DNA of 36,989 nt from Candidatus Rokuibacteriota bacterium (GTDB lineage Bacteria; Methylomirabilota; Methylomirabilia; Rokubacteriales; CSP1-6). The notes beneath the pieces are model-generated. The model was not told the DNA's origin and ran no database searches. It saw only the letters and a list, made by a program, of their open reading frames with translations. Below are positions 6,766-16,878 of this stretch, piece by piece (position 1 is the stretch's first letter; every line of letters begins with the position of its first letter). The stretch is from the NCBI GenBank assembly GCA_037443505.1, contig JBBIOF010000001.1:1-36989 (forward strand), read 5' to 3'. The position numbers and the translations under genes were made by a program.

Positions 6766-7266
6766 ATGAGCGACTACCGCACCCGGCTCGCCACCCCCGA
6801 GGACGCGGCGGCCATCTGCCGCATCTACAACCAGGGCATCGAGGACCGCATCGCCACCCTGGAGACCGAGCTCCGCACGCCCGGGGAGCGCGAGGGCTGG
6901 CTGGCCGCCCGCGGCCCGCGCCACCCCGTCATCGTCGTGGAGGCGGGGAGCGGGGAGGTGGTCGGCTGGGGCAGCCTGAACCCCTTCAACGCGCGCGAGG
7001 CGTACCGCTTCGTGGCCGACATCTCCGTCTACGTCGACCGCGGCTGGCGGGGCAAGGGTGTGGGCAGCGTCATCCTGGAGCGCCTGATCGAGCTGGCCCG
7101 CGAGCGGGGCTTCCACAAGATGGTGCTCTCCGCCTTCCCGTTCAACGCGGCGGGGATCGGGCTCTACACCAAGTACGGGTTCCGCACGGTGGGCGTGTAC
7201 CGGGAGCAGGGACTCCTCGACGGCCGCTGGGTGGACACCGTGGTCATGGAGAAGCTCCTCCCGTAG
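6766..7266 (+). CDS. GNAT family N-acetyltransferase, phosphinothricin/methionine-sulfoximine acetyltransferase (PAT)-like
   Basis: 166-aa ORF. IYNQGIEDRIATLETE...REGWL...GWGSLNPFNAREAYRFVADISVYV...RGKGVGSVILE (acetyl-CoA motif A)...GFRTVGVYREQGLLDGRWVDTVVME is typical of PAT-type GNATs. Confidence 0.88.
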   Translation: MSDYRTRLATPEDAAAICRIYNQGIEDRIATLETELRTPGEREGWLAARGPRHPVIVVEAGSGEVVGWGSLNPFNAREAYRFVADISVYVDRGWRGKGVGSVILERLIELARERGFHKMVLSAFPFNAAGIGLYTKYGFRTVGVYREQGLLDGRWVDTVVMEKLLP

Positions 7267-7386
7267 GTCCCGCGGCTCAACCGGCGCGCTTGCCCGGGGC
7301 CGGCGCCCGGGGCTAGGCTACTCCTGGACCCGTTCTCGTGGACCGACGTCGCCCCGGTGTCCCCTGACGCGTAAGGGGGTGTCGCC

Positions 7387-7866
7387 ATGAAGAAGCTCCG
7401 CGAGATCATGCGCCCCGACTTCCGCTTCGTCGTGCCGCCCGGCGCCTCCGTGGCCGAGGCGGCCGCCGTCATGACGACCAACAACGTCGGCATCGTGGCC
7501 GTGCTGGACGGCGACCGGCTGGTCGGCGTCTTCTCCGAGCGGGACGTGGTCCAGCGCGTGGTGCACCCCGGGCTCGACCCCCGGCGCACGGCGGTGGCCG
7601 ACGTGATGACCACCGACCTGGTGGTGGCCGACGCCGAGGAGGACTGCCCGTCGGCCATGCGGAAGATGGACCAGACGAACATCCGCCACCTGCCCGTGAT
7701 GGCCCTCGGTCGGTTCGTCAGCATGCTCTCCATCCGGGACCTGATGCGCGTGACCATCCAGGACCAGGGGACGGAGATCCGCTACCTGCAGGAGTATCTC
7801 TACCAGGTGCCCCCGGAGACCGCGCCCGCGGCGGAGGGCCTGACGGCTCCTCAGGAGCGGGTGTAG
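7387..7866 (+). CDS. CBS domain-pair protein
   Basis: 159-aa ORF. The ATG is preceded by GTAAGGGGGTG. It has two CBS repeats (IMRPDFRFVVPPGASVAEAAAVMTTNNVGIVAVLDGDRLVGVFSERDVV and VMTTDLVVADAEEDCPSAMRKMDQTNIRHLPVMALGRFVSMLSIRDLM). Confidence 0.85.
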   Translation: MKKLREIMRPDFRFVVPPGASVAEAAAVMTTNNVGIVAVLDGDRLVGVFSERDVVQRVVHPGLDPRRTAVADVMTTDLVVADAEEDCPSAMRKMDQTNIRHLPVMALGRFVSMLSIRDLMRVTIQDQGTEIRYLQEYLYQVPPETAPAAEGLTAPQERV

Positions 7867-7949
7867 AGGCGCAGGACCCCGTAGGCGACGGTGCCCGCCA
7901 GGAGGGCCCCGGCCAGCAGGGCGAGGATGGCCTGCTGGAGGCGGCTCAC
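7851..7949 (-). CDS. Possible 32-aa single-pass membrane peptide coupled to the TRAP permease
   Basis: GTG 7949 overlaps the permease stop (GTGA, 7946-7949). The product is V/M-SRLQQAILALLAGALLAGTVAYGVLRLYTRS. All 32 sense codons end in G or C, in a stretch that is otherwise intergenic. I recognise no homology. Confidence 0.35.
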   Translation of the reverse strand: MSRLQQAILALLAGALLAGTVAYGVLRLYTRS

Positions 7950-9859
7950 GGCGCCACGCGCTCGGGGGTGGGGAGGGCGGCGGGCCTGAGCTTCTGCAGC
8001 CCCAGCGCGGCCGCCAGCAGGGCGAGCCCGGCCAGGTCCGTGGCGAGCCCCGGGTCGATCAGGCAGAAGGCGGACGTCAGGAGGAGGCCCCGCTCCAGCC
8101 ACGTGGCCGGGCGGATGACGTGGCCTTCCAGCGCCGCCGCCAGCGCGACCACGCCCACCGTGCCGGTCACCACCGCCTGCGCGATGCCCGCCCACGGGCC
8201 GGAGAAGAGCAGCGCCGGGTTGTAGACGAAGAAGTACGGGACGATGAACCCCGCCGCGGCGAACTTCACGGCCTGGAGCCCCGCCCCCCACAGGCTTGCT
8301 CCGCCGATGGAGGCGGCCGCGTACACGGCCAGCGCCACGGGAGGCGTCACCGCCGACAGGCAGGAGAAGTAGAACGCGAACATGTGGGCGGCCATGGGCG
8401 TGACGCCCAGCTTGATGATGGCCGGGATCAGGAGCGCGGCCTGCATGATGTAGGCGGGTGTGGTCGGCATGCCCATCCCCAGCACGATGCCCGCCAGCAT
8501 GGTGATCAGGAGCGCCGGGAGCAGGTGCCCGGCCGCCACCTCGAGCAGGAAGCTCGTGAAGCGGAGCGCCAGGCCCGTCTGGAGCACAATGCCGATCACG
8601 ATGCCCGCCGAGGCGCACGCCATGGCCACCGGCACCGTGTGCTCCGCCCCCTCGCGGAGCGCCGCCACGCAGGCGCGCCAGCGGAGGCCCGTCTCCCTGC
8701 GGAGCCACGAGATGACGATGACCGCCGCCGCGGCCACGATGGCCGCGTAGGTGGCCGTGAACCCCTGGAGCAGGAGCGCCAGCAGCACGATCACGGGCAG
8801 GAACAGGTGGCCCTGGCGCAGGACGATGGCCCCGAGGACGGGCAGCTCGTTCCGGGGGATCCCGCGCAGCCCGGTCCGGACGGCGTTGAAGTGGATCGCG
8901 GCGAAGAGCGCGCCGTAGTAGAAGAGGGCCGGGATCGCGGCGGCGATCATCACCTGCGTGTAGCTCGCGCCCAGGAACTCCGCCATGACGAACGCGGCGG
9001 CGCCCATGATGGGTGGCATGATCTGCCCGCCCGTGGACGCCACCGCCTCGATGGCCGCGGCCGCCTCGGGCCGGAAGCCGGTCTTCTTCATCATGGGGAT
9101 GGTGAGCCAGCCGTCCACCATGACGTTGGCCACGGCCGAGCCCGAGATCGTCCCGAACAGGCTGGAGGAGACCACCGCGACCTTGCCGGGGCCGCCGCGC
9201 GCGCCCCCGGCCACCGCGTTGGCGAAGTTCATGAAGAACTGGCCGGCCCCGGACTTCTCCAGGAAGGCGCCGAAGACGATGAACAGGATGACGTAGGTGC
9301 CGGCCACGTTCAGCGGGACCCCGAAGACGCCCTCGGTGGTGAACCACGTCTGGTCGATGGTGATCTCCAGGGTCAGGCCCTTGTGGTGCAGCACGCCCGG
9401 CAGCCACGGGCCCGCCAGGCCGTAGGCCAGGAAGCAGAGCGCCACCACGGGCAGCGAGGCGCCGATGGTCCGCCGCGTGGCCTCCAGCACCAGCGCGATG
9501 CCCAGGAGCCCCACCACCTTGTCGGCCGCGGCCAGCGGGTGGGCGGTGGGGAAGCGGTTCACCACGTAGTCGTAGTTCACGAACATGTAGCCCAGGCAGG
9601 CCAGCGACAGCGCGGCCAGCCCCAGGTCGCTCCAGGGCACGCGGTCGCGCGGGAGCCCGGCCCGGCGGGGGAAGAGGAAGAAGGACAGGACCAGGCTGAA
9701 GGCCAGGGTGATGTAGAGGAGCGCCTGCTGGTCGGGGGCGTACCAGGTCAGGCGCGCGTAGACGTGGTAGACGGCCATGACGACCGCCACCACGCCCACG
9801 ACAATCCCGGGGACGCCGGAGAGCCTGCGCACGGCCCGGCCCCCGCTACTTGAGGACAC
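7946..9859 (-). CDS. TRAP transporter fused permease (TAXI-type 4TM/12TM DctQM fusion)
   Basis: 637-aa polytopic ORF directly downstream of a TAXI binding protein. The GTG start at 9859 overlaps the TAXI stop by 14 nt, so the start could be a few codons downstream. Confidence 0.9.
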   Translation of the reverse strand: MSSSSGGRAVRRLSGVPGIVVGVVAVVMAVYHVYARLTWYAPDQQALLYITLAFSLVLSFFLFPRRAGLPRDRVPWSDLGLAALSLACLGYMFVNYDYVVNRFPTAHPLAAADKVVGLLGIALVLEATRRTIGASLPVVALCFLAYGLAGPWLPGVLHHKGLTLEITIDQTWFTTEGVFGVPLNVAGTYVILFIVFGAFLEKSGAGQFFMNFANAVAGGARGGPGKVAVVSSSLFGTISGSAVANVMVDGWLTIPMMKKTGFRPEAAAAIEAVASTGGQIMPPIMGAAAFVMAEFLGASYTQVMIAAAIPALFYYGALFAAIHFNAVRTGLRGIPRNELPVLGAIVLRQGHLFLPVIVLLALLLQGFTATYAAIVAAAAVIVISWLRRETGLRWRACVAALREGAEHTVPVAMACASAGIVIGIVLQTGLALRFTSFLLEVAAGHLLPALLITMLAGIVLGMGMPTTPAYIMQAALLIPAIIKLGVTPMAAHMFAFYFSCLSAVTPPVALAVYAAASIGGASLWGAGLQAVKFAAAGFIVPYFFVYNPALLFSGPWAGIAQAVVTGTVGVVALAAALEGHVIRPATWLERGLLLTSAFCLIDPGLATDLAGLALLAAALGLQKLRPAALPTPERVAP

Positions 9860-10829
9860 CGATCTCCCGGTAGTACTTCGCCGCGCCCGGGTGGTAGGGT
9901 AGCCCGTAGTCGCGGCCGATGTCCTGCGGCGTGACGTCCTTCATGGCCTTGGTGACGTTGGCCAGGTCGCCCCGCCCCTCCACGATGGCCCGGGTCAGCC
10001 GGTAGACGACGTCGGCCGGCGTCCGGGACGAGGCGATGAGGATGGTGGGCGACTGGAAGGTCTGGACGTCACCCTCGATCCCCTGCTCCGCGTAGGTCCC
10101 CCCCTTGATGGTGTGCCGCACGAAGCCGGGGTTGATCTCCCTGAGCCGCGCGAACTCCTGGTCCGTGACGGGGATCATCCGGAGCTTCATGGTGGAGCCC
10201 AGGTCGAGGATGAAGGACGCCGGCACCGTGGTGAACCAGCCGGCAGCCAGCGCCTGGCGGTTCTTCACCGCCTCGGCGTTCGAGGCCACGGGGCCGTAGC
10301 TCTTGGGCCCGAGGTCGTCCAGCTTCATCCCGTTGGCCCGGAGCAGGTTCTCCCAGCCGTCGGCCAGGCTGGTGTTGCCCCGCGCGGGCAGGGCCACGGG
10401 CTTGCCCCGGAGGTCCTTCACGCTCCGGATGGGGCTGTCGGCCGGGACCACCAGCTGCCACACGTTGGGGTACATGGTCGCCACGTAGAGGGGCTTGTCC
10501 GTCTGCTTGCCCGCCCACTGGCCGCGGCCGCTCCGGGCGTCGTAGAGGACGTTGGTCATGGACCAGCCGAGGTCCGCCTTGTCGTTGCGGATCTTCTCCA
10601 TGTTCACCAGGGCGGCCCCCGGCTCCACCTGCACCTCGAGGTCCGGGTACTTCTTCTTCACGATCTCCGCCACCGCGCCGGCCATGGGGATCCACGACCC
10701 GCCGGTGGGGCCCGAGGAGAACACCAGGCCGACCTTCTGCTGCGCTTGCCCGGGCGGCGCCGGGAGCGCGAGCGCGAGGGCGAGGCCGGCCACCAGGGCG
10801 ACGAGCGTCTTCACGCGATCCATGGGCAT
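9846..10829 (-). CDS. TAXI-family TRAP transporter solute-binding protein
   Basis: 327-aa ORF. The ATG at 10829 has an AGGAGG 5 nt upstream. It has a signal peptide (LVALVAGLALALALPAPPGQA), then GGSWIPMAGAVAEIV...VEPGAALVNMEKI...YHPGAAKYYRE, typical of the TAXI (Imp/TRAP-T) family. Confidence 0.9.
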   Translation of the reverse strand: MPMDRVKTLVALVAGLALALALPAPPGQAQQKVGLVFSSGPTGGSWIPMAGAVAEIVKKKYPDLEVQVEPGAALVNMEKIRNDKADLGWSMTNVLYDARSGRGQWAGKQTDKPLYVATMYPNVWQLVVPADSPIRSVKDLRGKPVALPARGNTSLADGWENLLRANGMKLDDLGPKSYGPVASNAEAVKNRQALAAGWFTTVPASFILDLGSTMKLRMIPVTDQEFARLREINPGFVRHTIKGGTYAEQGIEGDVQTFQSPTILIASSRTPADVVYRLTRAIVEGRGDLANVTKAMKDVTPQDIGRDYGLPYHPGAAKYYREIGVLK

Positions 10830-10839
10830 GGCCCTCCTG

Positions 10840-12084
10840 TCACAGCGGAAGGAGCCGTCCCGCGGCGTCGAAGGCCAGCGGGGCGGGATCGCCGAGGCGC
10901 ACGAGGTCGGGACGTCCCGCCAGCTCGCCGAGGAACGCCTCGGAGACCTCGAGCTCGCCGAGCACCAGCGTGTTCTTGATCCGGATGACGCGGGCCTGCT
11001 CGGGGGGCGTGAGGCCGATGCACGACAGCGCGGTCTCGATCGCCTCCCGGTCGGTGTCGAAGGTCGCGGGGATGCGCGCCCCGCCGGGCGCGCAGGCGGT
11101 GATGCAGTTGATGAGCGTCGCCTTCATGTCGATCTTGTCCACCAGGCGGCGCGTGGTGAAGTCGGCGTTGCCGATGCCGGTGGCGTTGCCGTGGGAGAGG
11201 TCCGTCAGGTCGAGGACGACGATCCAGAGGATGCGGGGGTCGGCCGGGAACGGCTCGTGGGGATTGGTGGCGCGGCCGATCACGTTGGAGTCCATGCCGG
11301 CCCCGGAGACGTTCTTGCCCATCTCCTCCACGACCAGCACGTCGATGGGCGAGAACGGGAGCCGCGCCATCCACTTCCGCGCCTGCTCGAGGAGCCGCCG
11401 CTCCCCCTCCTCCAGGTCCGCCGGGCCGAAGGCCTCGACGAGGGCGGTCTCGTCGTAGCCGTTCTCCACCACGCCGAGGCCGAAGGCGATCCGGGCCCGC
11501 GCCAGCATCTCCCGGCCCACGGCGGTGATGACCTTCTCGTAGCCGTGGTGGACGTTGGCGCGGTGGTACTGGATGGCCCCCCGGTGCTTGCCCAGCCCGA
11601 TGGTCATCATCTTGAAGAGGCCGGACTCGATGGTGCCCTTGAAGTCGGTGTGGGGCTTGACGCGGTTGACCAGGCCGATCCAGTCCGCCTCGGCCGCGTA
11701 CCGGTCGAGCCAGACCGGCATCCCCAGCGCCTCGCCTACCTGGACCACCTCCATGGTGGCCCGCACCGGGCAGCCCATGGCGGCCTCGGTGATGCCGTAG
11801 TGGGCCAGCACGGAGAGCTGCCCCTCGGCGGTGCCTCCTCCGTGGCTGCCCATGGCGGGAAAGATGAACGGGCGGGCGCCCAGGTCCCTGAGGTACCGCA
11901 CGGCGGCCCCGACGATGGCGTCGATGTTGGTCACCCCCCGGCTGCCCGTCCCCACCGCGACGCTGTCGCCCCGTCCCACGGGCAGGCGCGCGCGCTCCAG
12001 CGCCTCGGCGACGGCCCGGGGAATGTCGCCGACCCGCGGTCGGGGGAAGGTCTGGCGGACGCGGACCATGCGCGGGACGCCCAT
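10840..12084 (-). CDS. LarA-like / DUF2088 domain protein (lactate-racemase-related, function unknown)
   Basis: 414-aa ORF. MVRVRQTFPRP...VAVGTGSRGVTNIDAIV...FIFPAMGSHGGGTAEGQ...VKPHTDFKGTIESGLFKMMTIGLG...GKNVSGAGMDSNVIGR matches my memory of the DUF2088/LarA N-terminal family. The family assignment is less certain than the CDS call. Confidence 0.78.
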   Translation of the reverse strand: MGVPRMVRVRQTFPRPRVGDIPRAVAEALERARLPVGRGDSVAVGTGSRGVTNIDAIVGAAVRYLRDLGARPFIFPAMGSHGGGTAEGQLSVLAHYGITEAAMGCPVRATMEVVQVGEALGMPVWLDRYAAEADWIGLVNRVKPHTDFKGTIESGLFKMMTIGLGKHRGAIQYHRANVHHGYEKVITAVGREMLARARIAFGLGVVENGYDETALVEAFGPADLEEGERRLLEQARKWMARLPFSPIDVLVVEEMGKNVSGAGMDSNVIGRATNPHEPFPADPRILWIVVLDLTDLSHGNATGIGNADFTTRRLVDKIDMKATLINCITACAPGGARIPATFDTDREAIETALSCIGLTPPEQARVIRIKNTLVLGELEVSEAFLGELAGRPDLVRLGDPAPLAFDAAGRLLPL

Positions 12085-12170
12085 GGCGCTCGGGCCTCCT
12101 GGACCCTCGAGGGTGCACCTCGTATACCGGGGCCGCCGGGCGAAGTCAAAGGGTTTTTGGACGCCGAGTA

Positions 12171-12179
12171 TGGTATATA
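12171..12179 (+). promoter_or_regulatory. Extended -10 promoter candidate (TGGTATATA) upstream of bamD
   Basis: TG-G-TATATA at 12171-12179, in the most AT-rich intergenic stretch of the window (12146-12190). It ends 12 nt before the bamD ATG (12192), which has no SD. Confidence 0.3.
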
Positions 12180-12191
12180 CAGGCAGTTTCG

Positions 12192-12953
12192 ATGCCCGTG
12201 GTGCCTTCCGCTCTCCGGCGAATCGCCCTCGCGAGCCTGCTCATGGCGGTGGCAGGCTGCGGCTGGCTGCGCCCGGCGCCGTCGCCCATCCCCCCGCCCG
12301 AGGAGCTGTACCAGATGGGCGAGAACGAGCTGGACCGGCGGCGGTACGAGGACGCCCGCCAGCACTTCCAGAAGCTGGTCGAGCGCCACCCCAACTCGTC
12401 GCAGGCTCCCCGCGCGCGCTTCCTCATCGGCGAGGCGTACTACCGGGAGGGCGAGTTCGACAAGGCGGTCAAGGAGTTCCAGAGCTTCCTGTCCTTCTGG
12501 CCGCAGCACCAGATCGCCGACCTGGTCCAGTACCGGCTGGCGATGGCCTACTACGACCAGATCAAGCCCATCGAGCAGGACCAGACGCTGGCGGCGAAGG
12601 CCCTCGCCGAGTTCAAGAAGCTCGTCAAGGACTACCCCGAGAGCCGTTACGCGACCGACGCCCTGGCCAAGATCGACATCTGCCGCGGCCGCCTCGCCCA
12701 GAAGGAGGTCTGGGTGGCCACCTACTACTTCAACCAGGGCAACCCGGGCGCCGCCCGGCAGCGCCTGGAGCTGGTGCTCCGCGAGTACCAGCGCACGCTC
12801 GTCGTTCCCGAGGCCCTCTGGCTCCTGGCCGAGGTGAACCTCCGCGAGGGCAAGACGGCGGAGGCCCGGGAGCTGCTCCGCCGCCTGGAGAGCGAGTACG
12901 GGTACACCGAGTTCGGCCGCCGCGCCGCCCAGCGGCTGCGGGCCCAGAGGTGA
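12192..12953 (+). CDS. bamD: Outer membrane protein assembly factor BamD (TPR lipoprotein)
   Basis: 253-aa ORF with a lipobox (LLMAVAG|C). The TPR-like repeats read ...LYQMGENELDRRRYEDARQHFQKLVERHPNSSQAPRARFLIGEAYYREGEFDKAVKEF...YPESRYATDALAKIDICRGRLAQKEVWVATYYF, typical of BamD/YfiO. Confidence 0.85.
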   Translation: MPVVPSALRRIALASLLMAVAGCGWLRPAPSPIPPPEELYQMGENELDRRRYEDARQHFQKLVERHPNSSQAPRARFLIGEAYYREGEFDKAVKEFQSFLSFWPQHQIADLVQYRLAMAYYDQIKPIEQDQTLAAKALAEFKKLVKDYPESRYATDALAKIDICRGRLAQKEVWVATYYFNQGNPGAARQRLELVLREYQRTLVVPEALWLLAEVNLREGKTAEARELLRRLESEYGYTEFGRRAAQRLRAQR

Positions 12954-12957
12954 CATC

Positions 12958-13995
12958 GTGCACGACGTCGTCGACCTGCGCTCCGACACCCTGACCCTTC
13001 CCACCCCGGAGATGCGCGAGGCCATGGCGCGCGCCGAGGTGGGCGACGACGTCTGGGGCGAGGACCCCACCGTCCGGCGGCTCGAGGCCGTGGCCGCCGA
13101 GCGCCTGGGCAAGGAGGCGGGGCTGTTCGTGACGTCCGGGACGCAGGGCAACCTGGTCTCCGTCCTGGCCCAGACCCGGCCGGGCCAGGAGGTCGTCCTC
13201 GACCTGGACTCCCACATCTTCAACTACGAGGTGGCCGGCACCTCCGTCATCGGCGGGCTGCAGATGCGCCCCGTGAAGACGGCCCGCGGCTTCCTGACCC
13301 CCGACCAGGTCCGGGAGGCGCTGCGCCCGGCCAACATCCACATCCCGGAGACCGGGCTGGTCTGCATCGAGAACACCCACAACCGCCACGGCGGCACCTG
13401 CTGCACGCCCGAGGAGATCGCGGCCGTGGCCGAGGTGGCGCACGCGGCCGGCGTGCCGGTGCACCTGGACGGCGCCCGCCTGTTCAACGCGGCGGTGGCC
13501 CTCGGGCGGGACGTCCGGGAGTTCGCGCGCCCCGTGGACTCCGTCACGTTCTGCCTCTCCAAGGGGCTGGGCGCGCCGGTGGGCTCGGTCATCTGCGGCA
13601 GCGCCGCGCTGGTGGAGCGGGCCCGGCGCATCCGCAAGATGCTGGGCGGGGGCATGCGCCAGGCGGGAGTGATCGCCGCCGCCGGCCTGGTGGCGCTCGA
13701 GCGCATGGTGGACCGGCTGGCCGAGGACCACGCCAACGCGCGGGCGCTGGCCGAGGGCCTGGCCCGCCTGCCCGGCATTGCGCTGGACCTGGCCAGCGTG
13801 CAGACCAACATCGTCATCTTCCGCGTGGGCCGGCCGGGCGGCGCCGAGGAGCTGGTCCAGGGGTGCCTGGCCCGCAAGATCAAGGTCCACGCCATCGGGC
13901 CGGGCGCCATCCGCTGCGTGACGCACAAGGACGTGGACGCCGAGGACATCGCGCGGACGCTGGACGCCTTCCGCGAGGTCACCGGACGCTGGTAG
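12958..13995 (+). CDS. ltaE: Low-specificity L-threonine aldolase (GntG/LtaE family, PLP)
   Basis: 345-aa ORF with a GTG start 4 nt after the bamD stop. It contains [19 protein letters not shown]...[11 protein letters not shown]...TSGTQGNL...[10 protein letters not shown]...[13 protein letters not shown] (PLP lysine). Confidence 0.88.
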   Translation: MHDVVDLRSDTLTLPTPEMREAMARAEVGDDVWGEDPTVRRLEAVAAERLGKEAGLFVTSGTQGNLVSVLAQTRPGQEVVLDLDSHIFNYEVAGTSVIGGLQMRPVKTARGFLTPDQVREALRPANIHIPETGLVCIENTHNRHGGTCCTPEEIAAVAEVAHAAGVPVHLDGARLFNAAVALGRDVREFARPVDSVTFCLSKGLGAPVGSVICGSAALVERARRIRKMLGGGMRQAGVIAAAGLVALERMVDRLAEDHANARALAEGLARLPGIALDLASVQTNIVIFRVGRPGGAEELVQGCLARKIKVHAIGPGAIRCVTHKDVDAEDIARTLDAFREVTGRW

Positions 13996-14003
13996 GAGGC
14001 GCA

Positions 14004-14981
14004 ATGGGCGACCGACTGCTGGAGGTCAAGGGGCTCAAGACCTACTTCTTCACCGACGAGGGCGTGGTGCGCGCGGTGGACGGGGTCGATCTCCGCATCG
14101 ACCGGGGTGAGACGCTGGGCGTGGTGGGCGAGTCGGGCTGCGGCAAGAGCGTCACCGCGCTGAGCATCATGCGGCTCATCGCCCAGCCGCCCGGGCGGAT
14201 CGTGGCCGGGGAGATCCTCTACAACGGGCGCGACCTGCTGAAGCTCTCGGCGGCCGAGATGCGGAAGATCCGCGGCAAGGAGATCGCGATGATCTTCCAG
14301 GAGCCCATGACCTCCCTGAACCCGGTGTTCACCGTGGGCGAGCAGATCGCCGAGGCCATCCGGCTGCACGAGGGGCTGGGGCGCCGCGACGCGATGGACA
14401 AGACCATCGAGATGCTGCGGGTGGTCCACATCCCCAACCCGGAGCGCCGGGTCAGGGAGTACCCGCACCAGCTCTCGGGCGGCATGCGCCAGCGGGTCAT
14501 GATCGCCATGGCGCTCAGCTGCAGCCCCAAGCTGCTCATCGCCGACGAGCCCACCACCGCCCTGGACGTCACCATCCAGGCCCAGATCCTGGACCTGCTC
14601 AACGAGCTGAAGGAGAAGTTCCGGATGGCGGTGATGCTCATCACGCACGACATGGGCGTCATCGCCGAGACCGCCCAGCGGGTGGTGGTCATGTACGCGG
14701 CCCAGGTGGTGGAGGAGGCGCCGGTGACGGAGCTGTTCAAGGAGCCCCTGCACCCCTACACCCAGGGGCTCCTCCGGTCCATCCCGCGCATCGACCTGGC
14801 CGCCACCGAGCGGCGCAAGCTGGAGCAGATCCCGGGGACGGTGCCCGTCCTGCGCGGCGAGATCCGGCCCGGCTGCCGCTTCGCGCCCCGCTGCCAGTTC
14901 GCCCGCCCGCAGTACTACGAGAACGACCCGCCGCTCAAGGAAGTGCGACCCGGCCACAAGGTGGCCTGCTTCCTCTACTGA
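14004..14981 (+). CDS. Oligopeptide/dipeptide ABC transporter ATP-binding protein (OppD/DppD type)
   Basis: ORF 13863..14981 trimmed to the ATG at 14004 (GGTAGGAGG upstream). It has Walker A GESGCGKS, signature LSGGMRQR and Walker [13 protein letters not shown]. The Opp/Dpp C-terminal extension reads CRFAPRC...Y...C. Confidence 0.9.
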   Translation: MGDRLLEVKGLKTYFFTDEGVVRAVDGVDLRIDRGETLGVVGESGCGKSVTALSIMRLIAQPPGRIVAGEILYNGRDLLKLSAAEMRKIRGKEIAMIFQEPMTSLNPVFTVGEQIAEAIRLHEGLGRRDAMDKTIEMLRVVHIPNPERRVREYPHQLSGGMRQRVMIAMALSCSPKLLIADEPTTALDVTIQAQILDLLNELKEKFRMAVMLITHDMGVIAETAQRVVVMYAAQVVEEAPVTELFKEPLHPYTQGLLRSIPRIDLAATERRKLEQIPGTVPVLRGEIRPGCRFAPRCQFARPQYYENDPPLKEVRPGHKVACFLY

Positions 14982-14988
14982 GGCCAGC

Positions 14989-15975
<987 letters not shown>

Positions 15976-16022
15976 CCCCCGCCCCCGCCGACGGCGCCCG
16001 GCGAGCGGCGGCGAGGTGACCC

Positions 16023-16829
16023 GTGCCGACGGTCCGCGTGGGCGACATCGGGATGTACTACGTGGAGGCCGGCCGGGGGGAGCCCGTGGTGCTCATCATG
16101 GGGCTCGGGGCCGACCACCTGGCCTGGGGCTTCCAGTTCCGGGCGCTCGCCGAGCGCTTCCGGGTCGTCGCCTTCGACAACCGCGGTGCCGGCCGGACGG
16201 ACGCGCCCGACATCGCCTACACCACCCGCCTGATGGCGGCCGACACCCTCGGCCTGATGGACGCCCTGGGGATCGACCGGGCCCACGTCGTGGGCGTGTC
16301 CATGGGCGGCATGGTGGCGCAGGAGCTGGCCCTGGCCGCCCCCGGGCGCGTGCGCTCGCTCCACCTCGGGGTCACCCTGGCCCGGCCCGACCGCTGGATC
16401 GCCGCGCTGCTCGACGCCTGGCGCCGCATCTTCACGGCCTTCGACCGGGAGGCGGCGCTCCGGATGCTCTCCCTCTGGCTCTTCACGCCGGCCACCCACG
16501 ACGCACGCCCGGACCTCGTGGAGCTGATGATCGGCAACGCCGTGGCGAGCCCCTACCCGCAGTCCCTGACGGGCTTCCTGCGCCAGGCCGAGGCCGTGGC
16601 CGCCCACGACACGCTGGAGCGCCTGCCTGCCGTCCGCTGCCCCACCCTGGTCAGCGTCGCCGAGCACGACGTGCTGGTCCCGCGGCCCCTGTCCCGCGAG
16701 CTGGCGGCGCGGATCCCCGGGGCCGAGCTCAGGGAGGTGGCCGGCGCCGGGCACGCCTGCTTCTGGGAGCGGGCCGACGAGTTCACGGCGCTCTGCCTCG
16801 AGTTCCTCGAGCGCCACCGGGGCCGGTAG
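16023..16829 (+). CDS. Alpha/beta-fold hydrolase (3-oxoadipate enol-lactonase-like)
   Basis: 268-aa ORF with a GTG start. It has the oxyanion-region motif VVLIMGLG, the nucleophile elbow GVSMGG, and a late Asp/His (EHDVLVP, GAGHACFWE). Confidence 0.85.
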   Translation: MPTVRVGDIGMYYVEAGRGEPVVLIMGLGADHLAWGFQFRALAERFRVVAFDNRGAGRTDAPDIAYTTRLMAADTLGLMDALGIDRAHVVGVSMGGMVAQELALAAPGRVRSLHLGVTLARPDRWIAALLDAWRRIFTAFDREAALRMLSLWLFTPATHDARPDLVELMIGNAVASPYPQSLTGFLRQAEAVAAHDTLERLPAVRCPTLVSVAEHDVLVPRPLSRELAARIPGAELREVAGAGHACFWERADEFTALCLEFLERHRGR

Positions 16830-16878
16830 GCCCCGCCCTTCAGGCCCGGCGCCGGGGGACGCTCCCGGAGGACCCGCG

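Noticed and set aside
6766-7266. GNAT gene as the toxin of a GNAT/RHH-type toxin-antitoxin pair.
   Set aside because: The sequence matches PAT-type (phosphinothricin/methionine-sulfoximine) acetyltransferases. There is no small DNA-binding antitoxin ORF upstream or downstream; the only neighbour is an 8-codon mini-ORF.
7292-7313. Shared GC-rich palindromic motif (GGCCCGGCGCC-like) downstream of three gene ends: 7292-7313, 16843-16858 and 24392-24415. I considered it as a REP element or a terminator family.
   Set aside because: The stems are only 4-6 bp, with tiny or GC-only loops and no U-tract. Similar strings also occur inside coding regions (for example near position 25). I cannot distinguish this from compositional background without a genome-wide count.
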